A stretch of 64,000 nt of DNA from Hydrolagus affinis (taxonomy: Eukaryota), in NCBI GenBank assembly GCA_012026655.1, contig JAAILG010001094.1, forward strand, positions 1 to 64,000, written 5' to 3'. A model generated the notes under the pieces. It was not told the origin of the DNA and did no database searches. It worked only from the letters and a program-made list of their open reading frames with translations. Positions 51,001-62,845 of this stretch are shown here, one piece after another; the first letter of the stretch is position 1; every line of letters begins with the position of its first letter. A program made the translations under genes and the position numbers.

Positions 51001-54000
51001 GAGATCATATCCTCTCACCATGGGATACTTCGGTCCAAAAAAGAAACAGAGGAACAAATGGTCAGACTGCTAGCTCATCAAAGGGAACCAAAATTGTCAT
51101 GGAACGTGTAAAGATGCTAACAACGATACAAAGCGAATCAAATAGCAGGGAAGCACAACAGGCTTCCAATGCTAAAGCAATTGTCCAACAACAGGACAGT
51201 CAAATCGTATTAAGGGGAAGCGATTCGGGAAGCAGATCAAATGAGACTGGTGACACTCTTTCCAATGGTGATCAGCTAAATGAAGCAATACTCCAAAGCA
51301 ACCTTGTTGAAATTTCTTTGAGGGAAATGGAAACAACACACATTTATCTAGAGGGGAGAAATGCTTGCCCATCTCCACTCATACCAGATAATGGGATATT
51401 TAATTTCCGAGGCTTGGTTGGACCTTCATCCTTGCAATACAAATACTATGTGCAGTATTCATGTAACTCTGGTTATGCTTTAACCCATGGAGATCAGTTC
51501 AGCTTTTGTCAACACAACGGCATGTGGAGTGGGCAGGTGCCGACTTGTGCTGGTGAGTATACATGGAGTCACTGAGACTCCAAAAAGCCAGTCACAGTTT
51601 CTTAGGTTCCCAATTGCTCTTTAAATAGTCATGCTAATAATAATAATAATCCTTACATTTATATAGCGCTTTCCACATCTTATCGACATCTCAAAGCGCT
51701 TCACAGAACACAACAACATCTAAGATTGGGATCAGAGCAGGGGGGAAGGGAGAAGACAAGAGGGAAGAAAAGGGGGAAAAGAGGTAGGGACCAGAGCAGG
51801 GAGGGAGGGGTCGTGGTTGGGGGAAAGAAAATAGGAAAATTGACTGTATATTTGTGGGAGAAATGCGGCAGCCAAATTGCGCACAACAGTGTCCCATAAA
51901 CAGTTGTGGAAGTGGGGCCAGGGGAGAAAGGGGAAAAAGAGGATAAGGGGGAGAGAGGGAGGAAAGGTGCGGTAAAAATAAAGGAGGAAAAGGTGGGAGA
52001 AAGGGGGGTAAGGGGGAAGAGAGAAGGAAGGGGGAAATATCAAATAAAAAAGGGGATGTATAATAATATATTTTTATATGTAATAATCCTTACATTTGGT
52101 ATAGCATCCAGTGGGACATCTCAAAGTGCTTCGCAACATATACTGTAAAGTACAATGACAAGAAAATTACATTTATAGAGCACCTTTCATGTGGGGAGGA
52201 CATCCTGCTAGTAGAGTTTTGTGGGCAAATGTGCAATTGATTCAGTCTCCATTCAGAAACTATCACAGTCCAATAGATGGCCCCAGATTTTAAAAGATTT
52301 TAAAAGATACTATTTTTAATGTTATTGAAATGTTACATTTTTGTAGACTATTTCTCAAGAAAGGATCATCATTAGTTGTCCTGCACAACTAAAATGTTTC
52401 ATTAAATATACCGTTTCTAGTTTGAGACCAATAGCTTTTCACTTCCTTATTTTGGAGTCACATATGAATCCGGTCACAGGAGATACGGGAAACAGGTAGT
52501 GAAATAATAGTTTACTAGAATTGTAGTAGCAACAACAAGAACAAAATAACATTTGTATAGTGGAACATAATCCAAAGTATTGTCTGGGTATTCATTGTTA
52601 ACTTGATGCATGTTCTTTTTAAAGACGTGAATGAATGCATCATTGGACTGAACGACTGTCAGCAGATCTGTGTCAACACCTTTGGGTCTTACAAGTGCAA
52701 TTGCCAGACAGGCTTTCTCCTTACTCACGATGGAAAGACATGTGCAGGTAGTTTATACGTGGTCCTGATGATACTAAATGATAATCAACCATATATCATT
52801 TGCAAGATTGCAGGGTTTGCTCAAAAGAATTAAGGAAAAATGGGTGTCTTCTGATTTGTGGTCGTGGCTGTTTTATTTACTTTTAATGCTTTTTTCAGCT
52901 GTTAAAAAGGACAGAAGATTCCAACAGAAGGTTAGAAAGATAAATACCAGACACAACATGGCCAATTTTCAGGATTCTAATATTATGGTGATTTTCAGTG
53001 AATTTATTAGTGAATATGTTGGGCAATTTGTTAGGGAATACATTAGGGAATATGGTGTGTTACATAGGGAATACATTTAAGGAATATGATGTGGCCTTTG
53101 TGAGATCACTGTTTATGGCATCTGTATAAGGACCCATTGGCTGTTGCATTTGCCTACAAATACGTAGACTTGTGCTAAGCAGTTAGTTATATGTTGGTAG
53201 AGATCCATATTCCTGAAGCTGTTCAAAATTACTTGTAAAATCTGTTTCAGAGCTTTTTTCCCAGTAATTCTGCAAATATTTGTTTAAGAAATCGATTTTT
53301 AGGGATTGGGACCATTTGCAAATATGGATTAAAATGTGAATTGGTATATCAGAAATCAAATATTCATGTATTTGGATATGACTGCACAGGAATAATAACA
53401 TAATAATCCTTGCATTTGATATAGCGCTTTTCACATCTTATCAACGTTTCAAAGCGCCTCACAGAAAATACTGTAAAAAGTGAATTGACTGTATATCTGT
53501 GGGTGAAACTCGGCAGACAATGACAGGAGCTAATATGAATACTATTTTTTTTGTTGCAGATATTGATGAATGTATCCTTCCAGTTGGAATTGCCAGCTGT
53601 CTGTTTGGCTGCATCAACACTGCAGGGAGTTTCATATGCCATTGCCCAGAGGGATACCAGTTGAGCACCACCAATGGGCACTGCAAAGGTAGGTGTCAGA
53701 CAGAACTTCAATATTATTGAACACTCTTTAAAGGGACAATTGAAAAATGTACAGTACTGAGAAGAAGTAATGTACCCGACCGTTTGTTTATATTTGCGTT
53801 ACATTCTGACAGGAGTTACATGTTTATAGGTTTAACAGTGTGAAATGTGAAACAGAACTCACTTTCAAAAGTATAAGTTGCTGCCTAAAACACAGTACTG
53901 TATAACTGCACCAGTGACAGTGAGCTGTAACTTTTCTCCCACCCCCTCAAAATGCTTGTGATATTTATTCATTCCAAATGCAGTATTTAAATATTTTATT

Positions 54001-55969
54001 TAACCCAAATAATTGGATTGTTTTCATGTTCAATTTTTCATTACAGAATTGGGACGTCCTCCTGAAGTGAATAGTGCTATACAAAAAAAATTGTTGTTGT
54101 TTTCATTTTGTTGTTGTATTATGTTGAAAATGTTTGTCTCAATTGTCGTTTGAAAACATGTAGATATTGATGAATGTGCAGAGAATAATGGGAGAGGCCC
54201 TTGTGCCATGGAATGCCAAAATACTCTTGGTTCCTTCAGCTGTTCTTGCTTGTATGGATATAAGCTGGCAGGGGATGGACAAACTTGTATTGCAGAATGT
54301 CCCTCTGGCTATAGGAAAGAGAACCACGTGGAGAGACCTAATTGGCACAGAGAGATTCAACAATGTGTGGGTACGTATCTCAGGCTATCTGGGTTCTTTC
54401 CGTTTTCCATTGCATTCTCTGCCCTTCCTTCAATCAATTTTTGAATATTTTAAATCAGCAGGACATAGCAGATTAAATATTTCTTTACAAGCTCCAGGCT
54501 TCAAACTGCATTGCTCCAGTTTAATGAATTGCCTGGCCATTGATTTTAACTAGCTCCAATCTCTCACTGCACAAATAAGTACATCAAAGTAAATGTGTTT
54601 TTCATTTCATGCACCCCTCCTCTCCTTTGGGTATCTTGACCTCTTTTATCTTCCACTGATTTTGAGTTCTATGATTGAAAGTTAACATCTGGAGACCCAA
54701 GGGGGCACTATTCAAGCTGAGTCTTGATAATGAGTGCCGGTAGGTTACTCAAACATAGTGACATCACTGGCAACTGCAGCAACCCACTGCTGCTCTAGTT
54801 GAGGGATAAGGCAACTTAGCACTTAGTTTTAGGTTTGTATGGGTTAGTGCTACAGTCATGCCTTTAACCATTAGACCACTGAGAGACCTACTCTTTGTTT
54901 ACACCAGATCTCAATCAGCTCACATGCAGTTGTTCTGATTCTATTCCTACAGATATTAATGAGTGCCTGGATGGTTTCAGTCAACATCGCCCTTGTGAAT
55001 GGAAATGTCTGAATCTTCCAGGCTCTTACCGTTGTATATGTCCTCGTGGGTACAAGCTGAACAAAGATAAGCATCACTGTGAAGGTGAGCAGTGCGGTTA
55101 GTTTAATGACTGTTATCACTGTCCTTATTGCCTTTATTGTGACTGACTACTTATAAAATATCTCAGATTGCTCAAAGAAAAATATCCTGAGCAGCACAAA
55201 AATAGGAATTGCAGGAAAAATTGTACTGAGTGTCAAAGGATTCACCCCCAAAAAACTTAATAAAATCATAGAATATTACAGTATAGAAGAAGAATATTGG
55301 CCCATTGTGCCTGTGCCGGCTCTTTGGAAGAGCTACCGAATAAGTAACACTCCCGCATTTTTTCCCCTTATGCTTGCAAATTTTTCAAGTATCTATCTAA
55401 TTCCCTTTTGAAAGTCCGTATTGAATCTGTTTCCACCACCCTTTCAGGCACTTTTCTTTTTAAATTGTTGTTGCTATCCGATTTTTAATTATTACCCCTC
55501 TCTAAAGTTTCCTCTCTTTTAACATGCTGTCTCTTAGAAACACTCGGATCATCAAACTTGATCCACCAGTTTATTCAGTTTATCAGATTGTGTCCGATCT
55601 TTTAGTCCCATTTCACAACTGTTCTCGATATTCTTATGCCTTACTTCCCAAGTTTGTAAGTAACGGGTGATATTTGCCCCAATACTCTGGAACACTCATC
55701 CTCTATCCTTCTTCCTTGCCCCATCCTCCTCTTTCTTCAGATTGCGCCTGCCAATCTTTGTCTGATATTTTCTACACATCATGAAAAGTAATTTCCTTTT
55801 CAAGTAATGATTTTCTGTTAATATTGCAGATGTTAATGAGTGCAGCTATAAAAATGGTGGCTGTTCCCACCTCTGCATCAACACTAATGGTGGATACCGG
55901 TGTGAATGCCCAGAAGGTTATGGCTTCAGTCCTTATAGCAGGAAGAACTGTCAGGCAATTGGAGTATAG
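45017..55969 (+). CDS. Uncharacterised secreted sushi/CCP-mucin-like-cbEGF protein, 9 exons, ~1097 aa (loosely fibulin-7-like)
   Basis: Exons: 45017-45068, 46123-46296, 47062-47226, 49381-51552, 52625-52747, 53560-53688, 54164-54370, 54953-55084, 55830-55969. All introns are GT-AG and phase 1, and the total is 3294 nt with an open frame. Signal peptide, three CCP domains and five D[IV][DN]EC...CxNxxG[SG][FY]xCxC EGF domains. Confidence 0.85.
45266..45619 (+). mobile_element. Young SINE (long variant) with inverted 5' head
   Basis: 45266-45327 is the reverse complement of the tRNA head. 45334-45619 is the forward body and tail. Confidence 0.8.
45630..46100 (+). mobile_element. L2 LINE 3' fragment
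   Basis: Translates [32 protein letters not shown], plus the L2 tail ending (TTG)n just before the exon 2 acceptor. Confidence 0.85.
46123..46296 (+). CDS. Sushi-EGF gene exon 2 (CCP1)
   Basis: (G)[57 protein letters not shown], with 4 Cys and the conserved Trp. Confidence 0.9.
47062..47226 (+). CDS. Sushi-EGF gene exon 3 (CCP2)
   Basis: (A)[54 protein letters not shown]. Confidence 0.9.
47335..48155 (-). mobile_element. Relatively young L2 LINE fragment spanning the assembly gap
   Basis: Translates [32 protein letters not shown]...[14 protein letters not shown]. CpG-rich. Confidence 0.92.
47561..47660. other. Assembly gap (100 N)
   Basis: Run of n characters. Confidence 1.
48466..48720 (-). 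mobile_element. 5'-truncated young SINE
   Basis: Reverse complement of the family body and tail. Confidence 0.85.
49381..51552 (+). CDS. Sushi-EGF gene exon 4 (2172 nt: Ser/Thr/Pro-rich mucin-like region plus CCP3)
   Basis: ttttcatttcag|AATCT...GCTG|gtgagt, 724 codons with no stop. Ends [10 protein letters not shown]...[33 protein letters not shown]. Confidence 0.9.
52625..52747 (+). CDS. Sushi-EGF gene exon 5 (cbEGF1)
   Basis: [41 protein letters not shown]. Confidence 0.93.
53560..53688 (+). CDS. Sushi-EGF gene exon 6 (cbEGF2)
   Basis: [43 protein letters not shown]. Confidence 0.93.
54164..54370 (+). CDS. Sushi-EGF gene exon 7 (cbEGF3 plus a two-cysteine extension)
   Basis: [69 protein letters not shown], donor G|gtacgt. 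Confidence 0.9.
54953..55084 (+). CDS. Sushi-EGF gene exon 8 (cbEGF4)
   Basis: [44 protein letters not shown]. Confidence 0.93.
55265..55450 (-). mobile_element. CR1-type LINE 3' end
   Basis: TCATAGAAT...GGCCCATTGTGCCTGTGCCGGCTCTTTGGAAGAGCT..., resembling the reverse of a CR1 3' terminus. Confidence 0.65.
55830..55969 (+). CDS. Sushi-EGF gene exon 9 (cbEGF5, stop)
   Basis: [46 protein letters not shown]. Confidence 0.88.
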
Positions 55970-56350
55970 AGTTTTCAGTGACATTTACAGTCACAGAAAC
56001 CTAGCAGTGTAGACTCCAACTGTCACATACTCATTTCCCTTCAAATCTGGAGTTCCTCAATATACAGTATTGCACACAGTAGTTGTGTTGAAACTGTGCT
56101 ACTTTCACGAAGTTTCAGTGTCCTTTGTATTGATACTTTATATTTTGTAAGTGGATACATTATGTAAATCTATTGGTTAGAGTTTTTCAAATGAAAATGG
56201 CTTAATTAACATGATTTTTTCACTGCATATGGCTTACATCATGGAGAACTCTTTCGATAACAATAATTTGTAACCTTGCATGTACAGTAGTATCAGTATG
56301 TTGTGCGATATACAGCATATATGTATTTTACTTGCTTTCAGAAATACCTC

Positions 56351-56367
56351 AATAAAAATTTAATAAA
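56351..56367 (+). terminator. Tandem AATAAA polyadenylation signals of the sushi-EGF gene
   Basis: AATAAA at 56351 and 56362, about 380 nt after the stop. Confidence 0.55.
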
Positions 56368-56371
56368 GTTA

Positions 56372-56586
56372 CACTTAGTTCTCGCTTAACGGTGTAGTTG
56401 TGTTCGCGAAAAGTACGACTTTAAACGAAACAACGTTAAGCGAACCTGAGCAAGAATACCGGACGTTTAGCGTCTTATGTATGCCTACGCTACCTAAAGT
56501 AGTTTGTTTCCACCCACGCAAACGACTTAATAGCGAATGTTGCGACATTAAATAAATATATTCCCTATGTATCAGCAGCGTAATGA
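56372..56586 (-). mobile_element. Internally deleted MER6-like Tigger MITE
   Basis: Reverse complement matches both ends of the 26047-26661 element (for example GTAGTTTGTTTCCACCC and TTCCCTATGTATCAGCA). Confidence 0.7.
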
Positions 56587-56757
56587 TCTTTTCTTCTTAA
56601 GCTCAGGATCATATCTGTACTTTCTATTTGCTAACTGTACAAAGCATATCCCAATACACAGACTTAATTTGGAGCTAAGCAGAAGCTAGGAGTTCAACAG
56701 AACAGACTCTACTAATACCTCCTTTTTAACCTATTGTTGTACTCGTGTTGTTCAATT

Positions 56758-57015
56758 TGACATTCCATTGCAGTGCTGGGGGGAACGCTGCAATGTTAGA
56801 GGTAGCTTCCTTTGGATGAGCCATTAAAAAAGAGGTCTCGCCTGCCTGTCCAGGTGGATGTCAAAGATCCCACGGCACTAATCAAAGAGGGAAAGGAGTT
56901 TCTTCTGGGGTCTTGGACAACAATCCCCAAGATAAAATTGGTCATTCACTTCAAGGCTGTTTGTGGAACATTACTGTATGTAAAAGGCTGTAGCATTTAC
57001 CTAGAAATATACAGT
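56758..57015 (+). mobile_element. Deu-domain SINE fragment
   Basis: GCTGCAATGTTAGAGGT...TTTGGATGAG...CAGGTGGATGTCAAAGATCCCACGGCACTA, the Deu core. Confidence 0.75.
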
Positions 57016-57089
57016 TACTACACATGTGATATCTGGCCTGGCCTTTGAGTGTTTTATAACATTTGAAGAATGTGACCACTTGATCTACA

Positions 57090-57575
57090 TTAGAATATAT
57101 AGCACAGAATCAGGCCGTTCGGCCCAATTGGTCTATACTGGTGTTTATGTTCCACATGAGCCTCCTCCAGCCCTCCTTCAATTAAGCCTACAAGCATAAC
57201 CTTCTATTCCTGTCTCCCTCATGTACCCATCTAGCTTCCCCTTAAATACATCTATGCTATTTGCTTTAACAACTCCTTGTGGTAGCAAATTCCACATTCC
57301 CACTACTCTCTGCGTAAAAAAAATTTCTTCTAACTTGCCTATTTGATCTTTTTGTGACTATTTTATATTGATGGCCCCTGGTTTTGGTCTCTCCCCCACA
57401 AGTGGAAACATCTTCCCTGTGTCTACTCTATCGAAACCTTTCATAATTTTAAAGACTTCTATCAGGTCATCCCTTACCCTCCTCTTTTCAGGAGAAGAGT
57501 CCAAGCTTGTACAGTCTTTCCTGACAAGTATAACCTTTCATTTCTGAGATCATCCTTGTGAATCTCCTTTGCACC
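57090..57575 (-). mobile_element. CR1-type LINE 3' fragment
   Basis: AGCACAGAATCAGGCCGTTCGGCCC...TCCACATTCCCACTACTCTCTGCGTAAA...ATAATTTTAAAGACTTCTATCAGGTC, the reverse of a CR1 RT C-terminus and 3' UTR. Confidence 0.8.
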
Positions 57576-58439
57576 AAAGGAAATTCAGAATGCAAAAAGA
57601 TTTACATTTAGAGGCAAGAAAATTAAGAGTCTTCAGACTTACTGAAAAAGACCAATTATTTTTGTTGCTTGTAATCAACAAGCAAGTCATACACTTTCAA
57701 CGTGGTTGCTACTGGTTGTCATAACTTCTAACTGATAATGTTCTGATTATCAAACCCTCATTGTGGCTCGGATCATAGCCCTTCCAAAAAGCAGTGTCAC
57801 AGTGCCAAAAGTACCTTGTGAAGAGCTTTGACATTCCCTCCTAACATGAAAGGACTGTATAAATATAAATAGTTTAATGGTGTTGCTGCAGTAATGGAAC
57901 ACTGTTTCAGTTTATTAAGTCATCCCCAGGCTAGTTTCTAAAATAGTTGCTGAGACTTTGTGAATTGAAATGTCTGGAATAAGCAGGAAGCTCTCATTCC
58001 TGCACACAACAGGTTGGTTATCAGTATTTTACAGACCTTCACCCAGTTTAGTAACACAAACTAAGGGAATACCGACAATGAGCATAATGTTAATTAGTGT
58101 TCTGCTGCAGTCTAGTGGCTGCTCAACAGTTTCAAAACTAAAGTACATAAATAAGGACACCCTTTGAACAATAAAAATACTCAGAAAAATTAATACTGGT
58201 GAGATCATGAAGGGTCACACATCTGAATGCTTAAATCATCTTCAATAGGTTCCCCTGGCCATTGGCCATTTCACCAGCATCATTCGCCTTTGCTTTCACC
58301 AATTCAAGAAGGTGCAACAGGATCAGGGAATAATCCTCCTGATAGAAGTGAGAACAATTATAAGCAGAGCACAACAAGTGGCTTCAGATGCCCTGGGCCT
58401 GGGTCATTTCTCTTGTTCCAAGCTTCATTTCAACAATAA

Positions 58440-58730
58440 GTTACATTTGTATAGCACCTTTCACTTCCCAAGTCGCTGGACAATTAGGGATTTTCACCCA
58501 GCCTGGGGATTGGGATCAGGAGGGACGGAGGGCAGGGAGACTAGGGATAGGAAAGTCACCAAAGGTGCAGTCCTGAGGTGGCTTTGAAGATGGTAAGGGA
58601 GGAAGGGAGCAAGGCAAGAGGACTCTAGGATGGAATCCCAAAGGTTGAGGGCACAGAGACTGATGGCCTCACTAACAATGGAGGGCCAGTGTGGGGATGT
58701 AGAGCACACCAGAGCCTGCTGAGCAGGGAA
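58440..58730 (-). mobile_element. Diverged L2 3' fragment
   Basis: Translates AISLCALNLWDSIL, plus the L2 tail. Confidence 0.7.
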
Positions 58731-59694
58731 AACGGATAGGATATGATCCAGCAATTTATGTTGCAGAATATCTTGTTCTGGCAATTGGATGCTACTTCCT
58801 CAACAAATTTTGGGATTGGTTCAACATATACACCACCAGCTTCATGCATAAAAGCCAGTTGTACTTCCTGCTCCTTCATCCAAACCCACATGGCTGCATT
58901 GCCAGCTCCTAAATAATTGATGTACAGCCATGTGAGTTTCAGGGAATCTCTGTTCAAAACAGAAATGTAAAATTTCATTAAATTTAGTTTTGTGGTGTGT
59001 TTATATGTATATATATTATATATATATATTTATATAAAATTCCTATCTCCCTCCCTCCACTAAATCAGTTGTCAGAATAATAAAGCTCAATACACCAACT
59101 ATTTTTAATTATTGAATAAAATTGCCTTGTATCCAAAAAACACTCAGCTGGTAACCCAACTCCAATAAGATGCAACTATTTACTTGGCACCTTTCATGGC
59201 TGGAGATCAATATAACACTTCTTCTCTGAAGGATTTAACATTTAACATTGCTGCCTCAACCAGTTTTTGTTAACACAACTTGAATGTTGCCTTTATCCCC
59301 AGCCACATTAACTTCCCTTACACATTCAGTTGCCCCAAACTTCCTCAACACAGAACAGCCATCGGTGAACCGACTTTCCACTCACCAAATATGTATAAGA
59401 TCTTCAAGTCCAAACTAGTTCAGCTTCTGCTACCTACCTGTTTAAGAGTCTCATCATAAATCATGTGAAAACTCAGTCATAACACCCCAAACACTATCAA
59501 TCACCTGCTGACAAGAACTATTCCAAAATATGAGCCTTCACAAGAAAGAGTATTGTACACAACAACTCCTTACTTACCCACATTATAGCCATACTGTGAC
59601 CTGACATTGACCTGAGAGAGGACTTCACTTTTCTCTTCTCAAACTGCTCCAGGTTACTGTGCGTTTCCTTGACGAGCAGAGACTTTGGGAATGA

Positions 59695-60430
59695 CATAGT
59701 CTAAGATGGCAACTCCAATGCAGTTCTGGCGGTGTTGCACTGTCAGCGGTGGTGTTGTTCGGATGAGGCATTAAACCTAGGTCCCATCTGCCTATTCAGG
59801 TGGATGTTAAAGGAATAGTCTTATTTAAAAAGAGAAGGATGTTTCTCTTGCCTGGTATTCTGGCCAACAATCCCTCAAATAAAAATTAGACACTCACTCC
59901 ATGGCTGTTTGGGGGACATTGCTGTATGTTTGTAGTTGTCACCTGGCTCCGCCACTGTCTCTCCCCTCAGGCCGATGAAACCCTCGTTCATGCATTTATT
60001 ACATCTAGGCTCGACTGCGCCAACATGTTTGTTGGCCTTCCCAACTGTTCCCTCCACAAGCTGCAGAACTCATGTTCTCTCACGTAGTTCTGTGATCCTA
60101 TCACTCCCACCGTTGCCTGCCTCCACTGCCTCTCCATCCCCCAGAGGATAGAGTTCAAAATGCTCATCCTTGTTTTGAAGGCTCTCCACTTCCTTGCTTC
60201 AACATTGGGGTTCTGTCCTTCAGCTTCTCTATCCTAACCCTTTGAAACTCCATCCCCGAGTCCCTTTGTCTCTTCAAAGCACATCTCAAGGCCCTCCTCT
60301 TCGACCACACATTTGGCCACCGTCCTACTCTCCCTAACCTCCACCCTCATAATCACAAACCCCTGCTTGGGTCCAAATTCCTGACCTGACCAGTGCCTTG
60401 GGACATCCTCTATACAATTGTAATTTATTA
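59695..60430 (+). mobile_element. Deu-domain SINE (to ~59935) followed by an L2 fragment
   Basis: GTTGCACTGTCAGCGGTG...CGGATGAGGCATTAAACC...CAGGTGGATGTTAAAG, then L2-like CTCGTTCATGCATTTATTACATCTAGGCTCGAC...CAGAGGATAGAGTTCAAAAT. Confidence 0.75.
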
Positions 60431-61227
60431 TTAGTGTTATGTTTTCCCCACAAAATACACAGTCAACTCACTTTATGGTCTATCCTGTGAAGCACTTTTG
60501 GACATCTCAGTAACATAAGATACTATATATGGATTATGATTTTAGTTTTTAACTTCAGTAGATAACATACTCCACTCTGGGTCCTGAGGTTGTGGATTCA
60601 ATCGCTGTTTGGGGGAATTTTGATTCCAGGCTCAGATCCAATGTGGTGATAGGCGGTCAAAGGTTCTGTCACAAGCTGGGAGTTGGGCAACAACCGTCCT
60701 GGTGGTCTTGTTATGTGTTCTTGATTAACACAACAAATGTCCTTAAAAAGCAATTGGACAGTGATCTGGCCTGACCTTAATGTACTCAGTCAAGTAACGA
60801 ATGAATGAGTGAATGACTGTTTGCCACCCTGTTTGAGCTTCACTACTACTAATTCACTAAAATGCCCATTGGACTCTATGGACTTCCCACGCCTTATGGA
60901 GCTCAGCCACCTTCCAGCGCCTTATGGACCTATGGACCTTATGGACCCCCTCACCTTATGGACCCCCTCTCCGCAAGGATGACCTGCAGCCTACTTAGAT
61001 TGGGATCTATAGCTCAACCTGGGATTGTCATCTGCATCAGGTGGCTGTGGTTCTGGATTCCCTGGGAGTGTCCAGCTAACAGCAAACCCCAGCAGGGAAA
61101 TACTTGGCAAATCCAAAGTACTTGGTTGACAACTAATCTGCCAATTTCATTTTGAAGTAACGGCTTTCTATTAAAATTACACATGTTAATGAGTTCCATG
61201 GGCAAAATGTAGCGGCCAGTGGAGCGA

Positions 61228-61496
61228 GTGACCAATTTTATCTGGGGGATTGTTGGCCAGGACACTGAGAGAAACTCCCTTCTATTTTGGAATAGTGCCA
61301 AGGGATCTTTATCGTCCACCTGAACAGGTAGATGGAATCTCGGTGTAAAGTCTCAGGATGGCACCTACGACAATGCAACTCACCCTTAGCACTACATAAT
61401 CATCTTATACAATGTAATTCCAGGTCCCAGAGAGGGCTTGAACCCACAACCTTCTGATTCAGAGGCGAGAGTGCTACCATTCTGCCAGACTGACAC
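61228..61496 (-). mobile_element. Deu-domain SINE (SacSINE1-like), near full length
   Basis: Reverse complement begins GTGTCAG...GGTAGCACTCTCGCCTCTGAATCAGAAGGTTGTGGGTTCAAG and contains CAGGTGGACGATAAAGATCCCTTGGCACTATT. Confidence 0.8.
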
Positions 61497-61589
61497 AACT
61501 GTCACCTATTCTACACGTTAGTACTGATTCTGCGCAAACTATCATTTAAATTTAAACTATCACAGTAGATAGATATTTATGGAAGACAA

Positions 61590-61720
61590 ATTTGCAGGGC
61601 TATGGGGAGAGTGTGGGGGTGTGGGACTAATTTGGACAGCTGAAAGAGCCGTCGAGGTAATTTCAAAGAGTCAGCATGGACGCTAGGTATCAAATGGCCT
61701 CCTTCCGTGCTGAGTAATTC
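61590..61720 (+). mobile_element. CR1-type LINE 3' tail
   Basis: GGGCTATGGGGAGAG...GTGGGACTAATTTGGACAGC...AAATGGCCTCCTTCCGTGCTG. Confidence 0.65.
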
Positions 61721-62845
61721 TCTGATGAGTGCAAGAAAAATAGCATTGCTTGAATATTCTATTAATCTACAGTATCCATCAAGTAAAACAAATATATGAA
61801 AAATATGTATTCTGGGCACCATTTAGGAATTAAATAACACTAGTGTCTATTGTTACCAAACTCATTTCATCACACTTCTGAATTTATTCACACGTTAAGG
61901 TAAGTACAACACAGTGAATGGTGGTACTGGCACACGTTCTGAGTACTGTACATACAGGCACAACATGATTCCATTAAAAGTTTACTTCCTAACATGCATT
62001 TTATTTTCCTCCTAGTTATATTGAATGTTCATTGACTTGATCAAAAAACATTTTTCAAACCATTACAATGAGTAAAAAATTAGGTTGGGTCATGGCACAG
62101 AATGCAACCCCTCCACATGTATTCAAGGAGTATTGAACTACCTCAATTCTAGTTAGGCAAGTGTCCACTGAATTAATGTAGATGGCTATTTTGATACTCA
62201 AAAATGATCCCTGCTTGGGAATCCAAGAATGTGGTGGCCAGAACTCTTCACCGCCAGATTTGGGCATTCCTATTATTCAGAGGTTGGGGCATCACAGATG
62301 TGCAAATTGTCTACTTTGACAGGTGTGAAACAGAAACTGAAAATATTAATAGCACTATTAAATAAACACATAAATGGAACTTATCAAACATACTAATAGC
62401 AAATAACTGCTATCAGCAATAGCCATTCACCACTAAAAATAAGATTTACTTGTAGTTTATACCATCATCGGAAGATTGATTAGATCTGGAAGAGAACTAA
62501 ATACCAAATACCAACATTATTTAATGTTGTAGTTGTGTTACTGAACTATTACTTGACCACATGATTTTGCTTTCCAAACAGAAAGTTAAATATATTTATG
62601 AGTTGAGGTTATAACGCTCCCATCCCAAGCGGTAAATATAAATCTATTTCAAATAAATAATAAACTAAGGTAAATTTTAAAGAGCAGGAACATTTGATTA
62701 ACCTGCATTTATCATTTCACAGTCAAGGTGACACACAGTTATCATGAATATGCCTTCTGAACAGTCTTAAAATGATTCGGAATACGGGAATGACACCAAG
62801 AGGATGTGCTGCATCATTCTATGATCTGCTTCTCTGCTTTCGCCA

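Noticed and set aside
52990-53090. Repeated TAGGGAATA motifs, CRISPR-like or telomeric at first glance
   Set aside because: Short degenerate simple repeat in a vertebrate intron, with no constant repeat/spacer period and not a TTAGGG array.
58249-58439. Possible alternative last exon of the sushi-EGF gene (ttcaatag|GTTCCCCT...)
   Set aside because: Frame-compatible, but it has no recognisable domain, and exon 9 already ends in a stop followed by poly(A) signals.
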